A stretch of 64,000 nucleotides of DNA. It comes from Octopus vulgaris. Taxonomy: Eukaryota. Below, piece by piece: positions 27,038 to 38,596 of the stretch. Location: the NCBI GenBank assembly GCA_951406725.2, contig OX597816.1, forward strand, positions 23,064,001 through 23,128,000, written 5' to 3'. Position 1 is the first letter of the stretch; each line of letters begins with the position of its first letter. Below the pieces are notes generated by a model, which was not told the DNA's origin, did not search any database, and saw nothing but the letters and a program-made list of their open reading frames with translations. The translations under genes and the position numbers were made by a program.

Positions 27038-27076
<39 letters not shown>

Positions 27077-27081
<5 letters not shown>

Positions 27082-27204
27082 TAAATTAGGGTATCTACGA
27101 GATACTACCATGCTGAAAATTGCAGCCAAGATCTGACTCTAAACCCGGATCATGGCTGCTATTTTCCGCATGGTAGTATCTCGTAGATACCCTAATTTAT
27201 AATT
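27077..27204. repeat. Fold-back hairpin (~55-bp arms) adjacent to (TA)n
   Basis: AATTATAAATTAGGGTATCTACGAGATACTACCATGC ... GCATGGTAGTATCTCGTAGATACCCTAATTTATAATT. Confidence 0.85.
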
Positions 27205-27335
27205 TTAATAATTATTACCTTTGAAGGTTATTTTTTCCATGTTGGTCATTTGATAAGATCGTTATTTTATTTTAAATTTACGATCTTATCCTTATTTATA
27301 TATATGTATATAAACACACACATATATGTAAATAA

Positions 27336-27383
<48 letters not shown>

Positions 27384-27821
27384 ATTATAAAAAGCAGATT
27401 TTATCTGCCTCCCTTTGTCTCTTATAGAAATATACAAGGATTTCTTCAATTACAATTTACCTAGCATTTTTAAGAGTAGAATGCATCGGATCGTGCCAGG
27501 TCCGGTTTTTAAAATTTCAACCCCAATTAAGCAAAATTTAGAGAAAACTCACATTGTGGTGTATAAGTCAAATGCTTTTCTTAGTGTGGCCTACACCACA
27601 CGCACACGCACACACACAGTGTGCAACGAATAAAGTGAAAGTAATTCACTTTTTGTACTGAGTGACTCTTTCACTCTGCCACTTCCTTTTTACACACATA
27701 GACACGCAAATATATAAATAAAATTGTAAGCTAACGTGTGTGTGAGTGTGTGTGTGTGTGTGCGTGTGTGTGTGTGAAGGTGCGTGTGTGTGTGTGTGCG
27801 TGTGCGTGAGTGTGTGACAGG

Positions 27822-28498
27822 AAAGTTTTTTAGGACGAATATAAGACCTATATCCAAGTAGCAGAAAGATCGCCCAAAAGTGTATATAGATATTTAAATG
27901 TATTTATATATTCATCTATACACAGATGTATGTATAATGTGTGTGTATATATTTCCATAGAGGTAACCTCTCACTCCATACAAAGCTTTTTAGGACGAAT
28001 ATAAGATCTAAAGTATATACAAGTAGCAGAAAGATCGCCCAAAAGTGTATATAGATATTTAAATGTATTTATATATTCATCTATACACAGATGTATGTAT
28101 AATGTGTGTGTATATATTTCCATAGACGTAACCATTCACTCCGCACAAAGTTTTTTAGGATGAAAATAAGATCTAAACTTATCTCTAAGTAGCGCAAAGA
28201 TCGCCCAAAAGTGTATATAGATATATAAATGTATTTATATATTCATCTATGCACACATGTATGTATAACGTGTGTGTATATATTTCCATAGAGGTAACTA
28301 TTCACTCCATACAAAGTTTTTTAGGACGAAAATAAGATCTAAAGTTATCTCTAAGAAACAGAAAGATTGCCCAAAAGTGTATATAGATATTTAAATGTAT
28401 TTATATATTCATCTATACACACATGTATGTATAATGTGCGTGTATATATTTCCATAGAGGTAACTATTCAATCCATACAAATTTTTTTAGGACGAAAA
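27822..28498. repeat. ~160-166-bp minisatellite, ~4 diverged copies
   Basis: TTTTTAGGA(C/T)GAA.ATAAGA and GATCGCCCAAAAGTGTATATAGATAT recur at ~160-166-bp spacing. Confidence 0.9.
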
Positions 28499-29348
28499 TA
28501 TTTATATATAAAAGAAAGGTTGTGTGTCTGTCTACTCCGATTTAGATTCCTAACTACTCCCACATTTTGCGATGCAGTTTAACCAAAACCGGTTATCTTA
28601 TAGTCGTGATTCATATCGAGCCCTTCTGGGTATTAGCCCGCGTCTACGATGAGTCTATGATTTTACAAATAATTTACCATAATTTTTTACCATTTTAATG
28701 CATATTTTTTTTAATAAAGGGAAGTAACTCTCAAACTTCACACCAATATGCGTGCTCATATGCGACGTAATATCACATCAGCAGCATTTCCTCACACCCT
28801 CCTTGCACTTGGCGAAGGCAAAATACCAGGGGATGTAAATGGTAATATTGCTATCGATTCCATTTGTACCATTGTTAAGATGCCTTCTGATCTCAGAGAT
28901 GCAGTGTTCCAAGATCTACAAGCTAATTATCAGAATATGGATTGGATTGGCAAAAAGGCTATACTGGCCCCGAGGAATAAGACTGTTCACCATATTAATG
29001 ATGAAATGCTAAAACTCATTCCTGGGGAAGTCTATGCAATGGCACACGTCTATCGATACAACTCCTGACCCAGAGGACGTCATCAACTATCCAATAGAGG
29101 TACTCAATTCCTTTGAGCACCCCGGACTACCACCACACTTTCTCAAACTTAAAGTAGGTGCCCCTATAATGCTCATCAGAAATTTGGTTCCCCCAAAACA
29201 ATGCAATGGCACACGTTTGATCGTTAAGTCCTTATCTCCCACCGTAAACTTATATCAATATTTGCCTGAATAATCATCATAATTCAGTGCAATCATTAAC
29301 AGTACTTTCAAGCAATTCAGCCCCGAGCAACGCCGGGCAATTCTGCTA

Positions 29349-29349
<1 letters not shown>
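28499..29349 (+). mobile_element. Non-autonomous Helitron carrying a PIF1-helicase remnant
   Basis: 5' T(A)TTTATATATAAAAG; 3' CCCGAGCAACGCCGGG hairpin then CTAG|T; internal KAILAPRN, LPPHFLKLKVGAPIMLIRNL, CNGTRLIV. Confidence 0.88.
28748..29273 (+). pseudogene. Helitron RepHel PIF1-like helicase fragment (frameshifted)
   Basis: Two overlapping ORFs carrying PIF1 motifs. Confidence 0.85.
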
Positions 29350-29409
<60 letters not shown>

Positions 29410-30099
29410 TTTCTGTTTGTGTGTCTGTGTGTATATTAAGAGTCTGTTGATTTTACAATCGTAAATATGAGTCCCTAACTTCAGATGCTCTCTCTTAAAA
29501 TGGCGGAGTAGTTATGTTTTCCAAGAAGGCAAAGTTTCATTGGATGATGAGTGAAGTTTATACCTATCAGTTAGTGTAGTCCACGTAATGGACTCATAAC
29601 CTCTACGTTATTTTAGCAGCTCTTTGAATGGGAAATAAAGATCACATAACAAGTAAGAGTAGCCTTACCTTCGTCGAAAACTGCAATAAAATTCTATGAC
29701 TGTTTCATGAAAGTTTATGAAATACTTAAATGATAAGACCAACTGTGGGATATATGCATATATTTATACGCATACACATACTTGTGTGTGTCTGTATAAG
29801 AAATAAGGCCAGACCAAATAGCAAAATCCAATCACAGCGAAACTAAAATGACATCGGAATATCAGTGGACCGCTACATACGTCTTTTAGCAATGGATTTC
29901 TCTCCCTCACGTTCTTTCTCTCGTTATACCCAAACATCTCCCTCTCTCTTTCTCTCTCTCTCTATCTCTCTCTCACCCTCTCTCTCTCTCTCTCTCTCAC
30001 GCACACACATAATTGCACATACACATTCTTTCCCTTTCTCTCTCTTTCATTCTTTCAGGCATATTTACGTGAGATAAAATCGTTAAATTAATAATAATC

Positions 30100-30458
30100 T
30101 TTTCTACTCTAGGCTCAAGACCCGAAATGTTTTGGTGCGATAGGGGGCCAGTCGCTTAGATTAATCCCAGTAGGAAAATGGTACTTAATTTATTGACCTC
30201 GAAAGGGTGGAAGGCAAAATCGACCTCGGTGAAATTTGAACTCAGAATGTAAAGCCAGATGAAATACAGCTAAGCATTTCGCCCGGCGTGCTAACGGTTC
30301 TTATTTCTTTATTGTCCACACCACAAGGGTCTAAACATAGAGGGGACAAACAAGGGATTGAGTCGATTACATCGACCCCAGTGCGTAATTGGTACTTAAT
30401 TTATCGACCCCGAAAGGATGAAACGCAAAGTCGACCTCGGCGGAATTTGAACTCAGAA
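30100..30458 (-). mobile_element. Two adjacent or nested SINE family B copies
   Basis: Repeated GGTACTTAATTTAT.GACC.CGAAAGG..GAA.GCAAA.TCGACCTCGG. Confidence 0.8.
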
Positions 30459-30521
30459 CGTAGTGTTTAAGAGCGCTGCCTACTAAGCCCAAGATTCCGA
30501 GTTCGATTCCAGGCAGTGACT

Positions 30522-30585
<64 letters not shown>

Positions 30586-30807
30586 CAACAACAACAACAA
30601 CAATAACAACAACAACAACAACAACAACAACAATAACAACAACAACAATCATAATGATAACGGCGGAGAATACCTTAGGAATGAGAACCCAGGTTCGAAA
30701 TTTCCCCAAGACACCTGATGAAGCCTGGAGGGTATATCAGCCGAAACGTGTTAACAACAAACAAGATGAGGACAAATATCCGTCAAATGTAAATAATGTA
30801 AATAATG
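30459..30807 (+). mobile_element. SINE family D: tRNA-like head + (AAT/AAC)n + hammerhead-bearing tail
   Basis: CGTAGTGTTTAAGAGCG (A-box-like), GAGTTCGATTCC (B box); ACAC-CTGATGA...CAGCC-GAAACG at 30711-30748; tail (AATGTAAAT)n. Confidence 0.7.
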
Positions 30808-30959
30808 GAATTTTTATATTCCGAAATATTAAATATCATAACAGTTATTATAGTCCATTGTTGTTATTATAGTGCATTGGTGTGCCATTCAAAACACATT
30901 ATTACTATTTATTGTCATTATTGTTTACAAACAATACACAATGTTTCAAGCGAACTATA

Positions 30960-31815
30960 GTACTCTCCTAATCAGAAATGTTCTCTTAGGAACAATCCCG
31001 TTGTTGTTCAGGCTTCCACCGCTAGAAGCCACTTCATGCGACCTTCAGGCATCAGTTCGTCGAGCGGCGTCGTCCTCTTGTGTCGTATCGCCATTTGTTA
31101 CGTCTTTGGTTTGCAGTGCTTCTACCTTGTTCATCAAATTTTGCGATGGCTAAAACGAAGAATCAATGTGCTTCTGTGAAATTCTGTTTTTTGGGGTTTT
31201 TTTCGGGGGGGGTGAGGAAAACGACGGCTGAAACAGTTATCAAGCTTCGAACAGCTTAGAAGAATGCTGTCATGAGCAAAACACAAGTTTATTAGTGGTT
31301 TCCACGTTTTAGGAATGGTCAACTATCTCCTGAAAACCAACCTTGTTCAGGACATCTATTAACCTCCCGAATGAATGAAAACATCGCAAAATTTCAAGAA
31401 CTGATCTTGGAGGAACGTCACCGAACAATTGACGATGTTGCTGATATAACTCATGTATCCTGGAGCTCCTGCCAACGAATTTTGAGCGAGGAATTGCGAA
31501 TGAAAATAGCTGCAGCAAAATTTGTGCCTTGCTTGCCCACAAAAGATCAAAAGCAGTCACGACTGAATGGGTGTCACGAACTGAAAGAACAGTGGGTAGT
31601 TGATCCGGAACCTTTTTCGAACGTCACCACTGGGGACGAAAGCTGGTACTACGGAATTTGCAGATGTGGAGGAAATGAAGAAAAAGATTGACGGATGATT
31701 TAATAGGCATCACAAAAATCCCAGCACTGATTCGAATAGTGGAAAACGCGATTCAAATGGAGAATACAAAGTGAATAAAATATTTCAAATTTCCGGTTTC
31801 TTTTGGGCACCCCAG
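30960..31815 (+). mobile_element. Decayed mariner transposon
   Basis: HTH-like HRTIDDVADITHVSWSSCQRILSEELRM, AAKFVP, VTTGDESWYY; boundaries approximate. Confidence 0.8.
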
Positions 31816-31959
31816 ATATTGATGCATTTCAACAACAAAGGCAAAGAGAGCGGTTTTTGGAAATATAAGTTGCTTACATCAGTTGCTTTTTATAAATGCA
31901 TAGGATAAAAAAAGTATATCACCAACTGGTGATTTTTAATACTTTATGTTTCTATTAAA

Positions 31960-32746
31960 CTAGCAGTATCGCCCGGCGTTGCTCGGGTTTGTAAGTGAAA
32001 TAACTATATAAGCATTTTTAGAGATGTAAAGTATAATAGCCATCTCAATATGGTTAAACACAAAGGGGGGTGTTACTGTAGCTTTTTACGTTCTGAGATT
32101 TAATAATAAACTTTTAGAGAGTTACTTCCCTTATATATGCCAAAAATGCATTAAAATGGGAAAAATTGATGGTAAAATATTTTTAAAATCGTAGACTCAT
32201 CATAGACGCACGCTAATACCCAGAAGGGCTCGATATGAATCACGACTATCAGATACCCGGTCTTGGTTAAACTGCACCGCAAAATGTGGGAGTAGTTAGG
32301 AAACTAATTATCGTAAAAGTCAGACAGCACACAACCTCTTTTTTATATATAAAGACTAGCAGTATCGCCCGGCGTTACTCGGGTTTGTAAGGGAAATAAC
32401 TATACAGCATTTTTAGAGAGTTATAGCCAAAAAATAGCAAAAAACTGCATTAAAAATGGAAAAAATATGATGGTAAATTTTTTTAAATCGTTGACTCATT
32501 GTAGACATTTTTAGAGAGTTACTTCCCTTTAAAAAAATATGCATGAAAATGGAAAAAAATGATGGTAAATTATTTTTAAAATCGTAGACTCATCATAGAC
32601 GCACGCTAATACCCAGAAGGGCTCGATATGAATCACGACTATAAGATACCCGGTTTTGGTTAAACTGCACCGCAAAATGTGGGATTAGTTAGGAATCTAA
32701 ATCGTAGGAGACAGACAGCACACAACCTTACTTTTATATATAAAGA
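31960..32746 (-). mobile_element. Head-to-tail dimer of non-autonomous Helitrons
   Basis: Minus strand A|TCTTTATATATAAAA...CTAG|TCTTTATATATAAAA...CCCGAGCAACGCCGGGCGATACTGCTAG|T; same family as 28499-29349. Confidence 0.88.
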
Positions 32747-33491
32747 TTTAAAATTTGCAGCCCATGTTCTGGGTCATTATGATTTAACAAGTTTGTTCAG
32801 CCAATGTCACGACAGATGTATACATGAATTGTTCTTTTGTTGAAACTTTATACACTCTCAACCCAATGTATGATTAAAATGACATTTGACACTTCAGATA
32901 TATTTAGTAGTTTTATTGCCACAAAAGATTTTTCTCAATATATCCCATTTTATCGAGTGAGGAGGTCGCTACATATATATTTTGCCTATCCTAATTTATA
33001 TTTCTCTTCTCTGCCTTTGTATCGTCTATTTATTCGAATGTTTTATTGTCCACTATTGCGATTTTGATCCATTTTTATAATCATATATACATATAGCGGA
33101 GTACGTACACATTTGTGCTCACCTTATAGCAGGTATGTATCTGAATTTTGTACGATTCTTACTCTATCTTTTAGTACCCCCTCTTACTGTATTCCTTTTT
33201 CTTTTTGTCGCCTCCCCCACTCTCTCACAATTCTTAGACCTCTGTTTCTTTACTGTCCACTAATTCCCACTCGTTTATCTCTCCTGTACCTTTCTCTTTG
33301 TCTCTGATATTTTTTCTAATCCATCAATCCCGCTGTCCCCTACCCATCTCTCCTCCTTCCACGTGACCGGTGTCCAACCAGTCATAATCTTTCTTTCTTG
33401 ACCTGATTACCGACCGCCAACACCTGTTATGTCCATCTCCTATGTTCCTGCCTTTAGAAGATTGTCCTCCATTGCGTTTTTTGTTCTATTC

Positions 33492-33526
<35 letters not shown>

Positions 33527-33529
<3 letters not shown>

Positions 33530-34372
33530 CAACAATTGAGGGTAAAATTAATTAATTATTAATCAATTTCACCAAGTGTTCAGTATGCAAAGGGACCATT
33601 TAAGGCGAATTCAAATTATTACATTATATAAAAGGGCTTAGTAAAATAAATTACTTTGCCGCATACTGAACTCATTAGAAATAGCAGCCAAAAAACTTTT
33701 TTAAAGCTATTTCTAATACTTAAAGAAAATCTCTCTCATATATAGCGTTTGCTTAATTCAACTCACAAAAGTTTGGGGGTAAGGACATTAAAAACATCAA
33801 ATGCTAAGGTTATTTGAGAACGTACGTTTCAAGATTAGTCAAAACAACACTTCTATCTTCAGCTCAAAAACTCCTTGGTTTGGATTTGGAAACACTGAAA
33901 GTAAGAACATACCCTTTCGAAGATCCGCTCGTAACTAACAGTGCCAACAAACCCAAATAAGCAAGCGAAGAATTTCTGTTCTCCCCTTTCCACCAGCGTG
34001 GGTTAAAATCATCAAACGCTATGCTTATTTCGGTAAAATCCGAAGCATTAATTAGAGGGAGATTAATTATAATTTCAACAATTGAGGGTAAAATTAATTA
34101 ATTATTAATCAATTTCACCAAGTGTTCAGTATGCAAAGGGACCATTTAAGGCGAATTCAAATTATTACATTATATAAAAGGGCTTAGTAAAATAAATTAC
34201 TTTGCCGCATACTGAACTCATTAGAAATAGCAGCCAAAAAACTTTTTTAAAGCTATTTCTAATACTTAAAGAAAATCTCTCTCATATATATGAGAGAGAT
34301 TTTCTTTAAGTATTTGGGAAATAGCTTTAAAAATTTCAAATGCTAAGTTCAGTTGATGCGGCAAGAGTAATT

Positions 34373-34376
<4 letters not shown>
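33527..34376. mobile_element. (TA)n-flanked element with a direct repeat plus a terminal inverted copy
   Basis: 33527-33742 repeated at 34073-34290, followed by a reverse-complement copy at ~34285-34376. Confidence 0.65.
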
Positions 34377-34429
<53 letters not shown>

Positions 34430-34705
34430 GTATATACATACACACACGCTTACACACACACATACAATTACTAGACCGCGAGTTTTTTTCCTCCGTTTTC
34501 CCTTCTCTGGATCTTTCCTTTTCCTATGTTTCTGCCAAAGAGCTCCGCTGGAAACGTAAAACCCTCTTCTTCCCTTCTTTCCTGAGCGTCTATATCATAT
34601 ACTATATTTGTTCACGTCCTCGCGTTGTTGTGTTTTCTGTTTGTATTTTCATGTTTGGATTAACTATTATATATATATATATATATTCATATATATATAT
34701 ACATG

Positions 34706-34762
<57 letters not shown>

Positions 34763-35159
34763 GCTCACACACATATATTTATTAATATATATATATAGAT
34801 AGATTGAGAGAAGTTTCTATTCCTTTGCAAAGTCTGGTTCCTCTCTTGTACCTACACCATCATTGCGTGTGATGTGGACTTTGAAACCAGACGGTGTATA
34901 TACATACACACACGCTTACACACACACATACAATTACTAGACCGCGATTTTTTCCTCCGATTTGGACCCTTTTCCTATGTTTCTGCAAGAGCTGCAGTTA
35001 ACATCTGATATTTGCGTTCTTTCCTGAGCGTCTATATCATATACTATATTTGTTCCACGTCCTCGCGTTGTTGTGTTTTCTGTTTGTATTTTCATGTTTG
35101 GATTAACTGTATATATAACTGTATATATATATATATATATTCATATATATATATACATG

Positions 35160-35228
<69 letters not shown>

Positions 35229-35285
35229 GCTCACACACATATATTTATTAATATATATATATAGATAGATTGAGAGAAGTTTCTA
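34430..35285. repeat. Local tandem duplication containing a Penelope-like tail remnant and (CA)n
   Basis: 34430-34818 is similar to 34897-35285; second copy has deletions; degenerate HHR-like TTTCTGCCAAAGAGCTCCGCTGGAAACGTAAA at ~34528. Confidence 0.75.
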
Positions 35286-36739
35286 GAGAGACATAAGCGG
35301 TGGTGAAGCGATATAGTGGTCTTAAAATGTATATACATGTCAACTGAATGTGACAATCCCGTGAGGAGAATTACACCACCGCCATTTAGCCCTAGGAAAC
35401 ATCGACGTCTCCTGTCGGCTTTGACACATTTTCTGTGTCCTTATATTTGCAAAGGAGAGGAATATGAAAAATCAGAAATTCCCTCACAAAGTTATGGTTT
35501 GCTCTTAGAAGTGCTCAAGGGGAAACTGAGATAAATGATAAAATATATATAATATGATGAAACGTAAGACCAGGTAAATTTGTCCATAAATATGATTCCG
35601 ATTTCAAATGAATTAAAAGAACAAATATATACATGATCCATTAAAAATATATAAATACATAGACAGACTTTAAAAAATCTACTCCAGATTGATAAGGGGC
35701 AAATACCCCGAAGCCGGTCTGTCGATGTTGAACCAGCAAGGAGAAGTTGATGACATCCTTGTTCGTATTTAATTTATTACATTATCGCTTCTATATTCCT
35801 CCTCTTATTACATCTCCAAAAATGTTCTTATCTCTCTTCTTAACAATAGACGTCGTCAGTATAATACAACCTTAATTTTCATATTTGTATTTCAATTACC
35901 GCTTTTCTATCTTTTCTCCTTTACTATACTCCCATGTTTCCTTAATGCGGATCTTGAGTAAACAAGAGTACTTAATCCACATCCACTTCGTTCTTTTTAC
36001 TTCCTACGCATTCCACAATATTTTCATAAATGATTACATTAACTTACTAGTGTAAGTTTTACAAACATAATTCTCTTACTCTAAACTTTCCCACATCTGT
36101 TTATGAATTCTTATCTAAAAATACCAAGTATTATTTTCAGCTGTTACATTTTATTTACATTAGGTAAGGTTTTTTCATTGGACATTTCTCTAACTCGCTC
36201 TATGCTGCATATATGGAGATTTAATTAGAAAACCTATAGTAATCTATAGAGCGAAAGTTATCGATATCATCCCCTAACCGACCATATGTTAGATGACTTG
36301 ACTCCCATCACTATCACACATAGATAGGAACGGATAAGCATGAAACTCATAGATCCGACTTCTCTGCTCTTTATAAAGTTCTTATTATTATTTTTCTTTG
36401 CACTGATGAGCACTTTGATATTTGCAAATTGTCATATGAATTTATATCTCAGTACGAAACGATTGTATGCACGAATAAACTTCTTACAAACGTTTAGCAA
36501 CTTGCCACCTCCATTTTTGACAAAAACGATTGGATACGTAGAACTTCGTTCCATAAATTAAACATACACTTCATATACTAATACTTCTTTTCATATCTTA
36601 ACCAATTTATCCCATTAAACTTTCAGCAAAGTAGGAAGGACCACTCTAATTGAAGGACGAGTCCACCTTCAACCGTTTACACACGTTTATACGTGCATAC
36701 GTATGTATGTTTGCATATATATCTATACGCAAATGTATA

Positions 36740-36824
<85 letters not shown>

Positions 36825-36825
36825 C

Positions 36826-36865
<40 letters not shown>

Positions 36866-37354
36866 TGTGTGCGTATATATATTTAGATATTTATTCAACC
36901 GGCTTCTTTTAGTTTCCCTCTGCTAAATCCACTGAGAAGTTTCGATCGGCCCCGTGACTATAGAAGGAAAGACTTACACAAGCTGCTACGCGGCCACACA
37001 GCCACTCTTCTGGATTCAACCTGGAATCTTGTACTATGTATATCTGTCTATATATTTATATGCTAATGGATGGATGCATGCTCCATTATTTGTTTATTTG
37101 TAGTTACTTGAGGTGCATATGTGAGAGGAACAGGTGGACGAAAAGAGAAGCATGAGTGCGTGTGAGCGTTGGGTTATTTAGAAATCTGTGCATATTTATT
37201 GTCAAATGCAAGGCACAGAACAAGAGTCGTATCGCGCGAGATAAATTAATGCATAATATTAGATAAGTAATTGGACCGTGAAAATTAACCAGAATCACGC
37301 TATAGTCTAATTTCAGACTAGCATGTTTGTAAGCAAAATCTGACAATGTAGAAT

Positions 37355-37743
37355 ATTCTTTTCTGCACTAGGCACAAGCCCGAAATTTTGGAGGAGGAGA
37401 CCAGTCTATTAGATTGACCCCAGTACGCAAATGGTACTTAATTTATTGACCTCGAAGGAAGAAAGGCAAAGTCAGCCTCGGCAGAATTTGAACGTAAAGA
37501 CAAACGAAATACCTATTTCTTTACTACCCACAAAGGGGCTAAACACAGAGAGGACAAACAAGGACAGACAAACGGATTAAGTCGATTACATCGTCCTCAG
37601 TGCGTAACTGGTACTTATTTAATCGACCCCTAAAGGATGAAAGGCAAAGTTGACCTCGGCGGAATTTGAGCTCAGAACGTAGCGGCAGACGAAATACCTC
37701 TAAGCATATCGCCCGGCGTGCAAACGTTTCTGCCACCTCGTCG
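37355..37743 (-). mobile_element. SINE family B, two copies
   Basis: Same Nin-like domain as 8779-9007. Confidence 0.8.
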
Positions 37744-38201
37744 CTATGACAAGGTAGAATATTGATTTCTGATGTGTGTAGTCAGCTATAGAAATTTATA
37801 AGATACATTTCGTTGTTTTTACTTTATTTTTCTGCTCGTTTTAATCCGTATAGCCAAGCCTTGCAATTCAATACGATGACGTAGTATTTATTACAACCTA
37901 GTAAATATTTTATGCAACATCCTTTGCGGAAGACTACGTAAGGATATGTAAAGAATCGCACCATAAACCACTTCAGTGTAATATATATATATATATATAT
38001 ATATGTTTCTGCGTGAATGCTCTTGTGATCGTGTGTTTATAAGGAATTACTTGTGTGCGGTTTTGAGTGTGTATGTGTGTTTGATGCATGTGTATATAAT
38101 ATACACAAAGAGATTGATGGATACATCGAAATATATATGAAGATAAGTGTGTGCCTATATGTGCACGCATGCATATATATATGTGTGTGTGTGTAAGTAT
38201 A

Positions 38202-38365
38202 GGCGCAGGAGTGGCTGTGTAGTAAGGAGCTTGCTTCCCAACCACATGGTTCTGGGTTCAATCCCACTGCACTTTCAACTTAGGCAGGTGTATTCTACTA
38301 CAGCCTCGGATCGTCCAAATTCTTGTGAGTGGATTTGGTAGACAGAAAGTGAAAAAATCCTATCG

Positions 38366-38398
<33 letters not shown>

Positions 38399-38560
38399 AT
38401 TCATATCTATGGGTGTGTGCCAACCATCGCTTGATAACCGATGTTGGTGCGTCTACGTCTCCATAACTTAGCAGCTCGGCAAGAGAGTCCGATAGAATTA
38501 GTACCAAGCTTACAAAGAATAAGTCCTGGGGTCGATTTGATGATTGAAACAAATAAAAGA
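38202..38560 (+). mobile_element. SINE family A (diverged)
   Basis: GGCGCAGGAGTGGCTGTGT head; AGAATAAGTCCTGGGGTCGATTT tail. Confidence 0.8.
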
Positions 38561-38561
38561 A

Positions 38562-38596
<35 letters not shown>

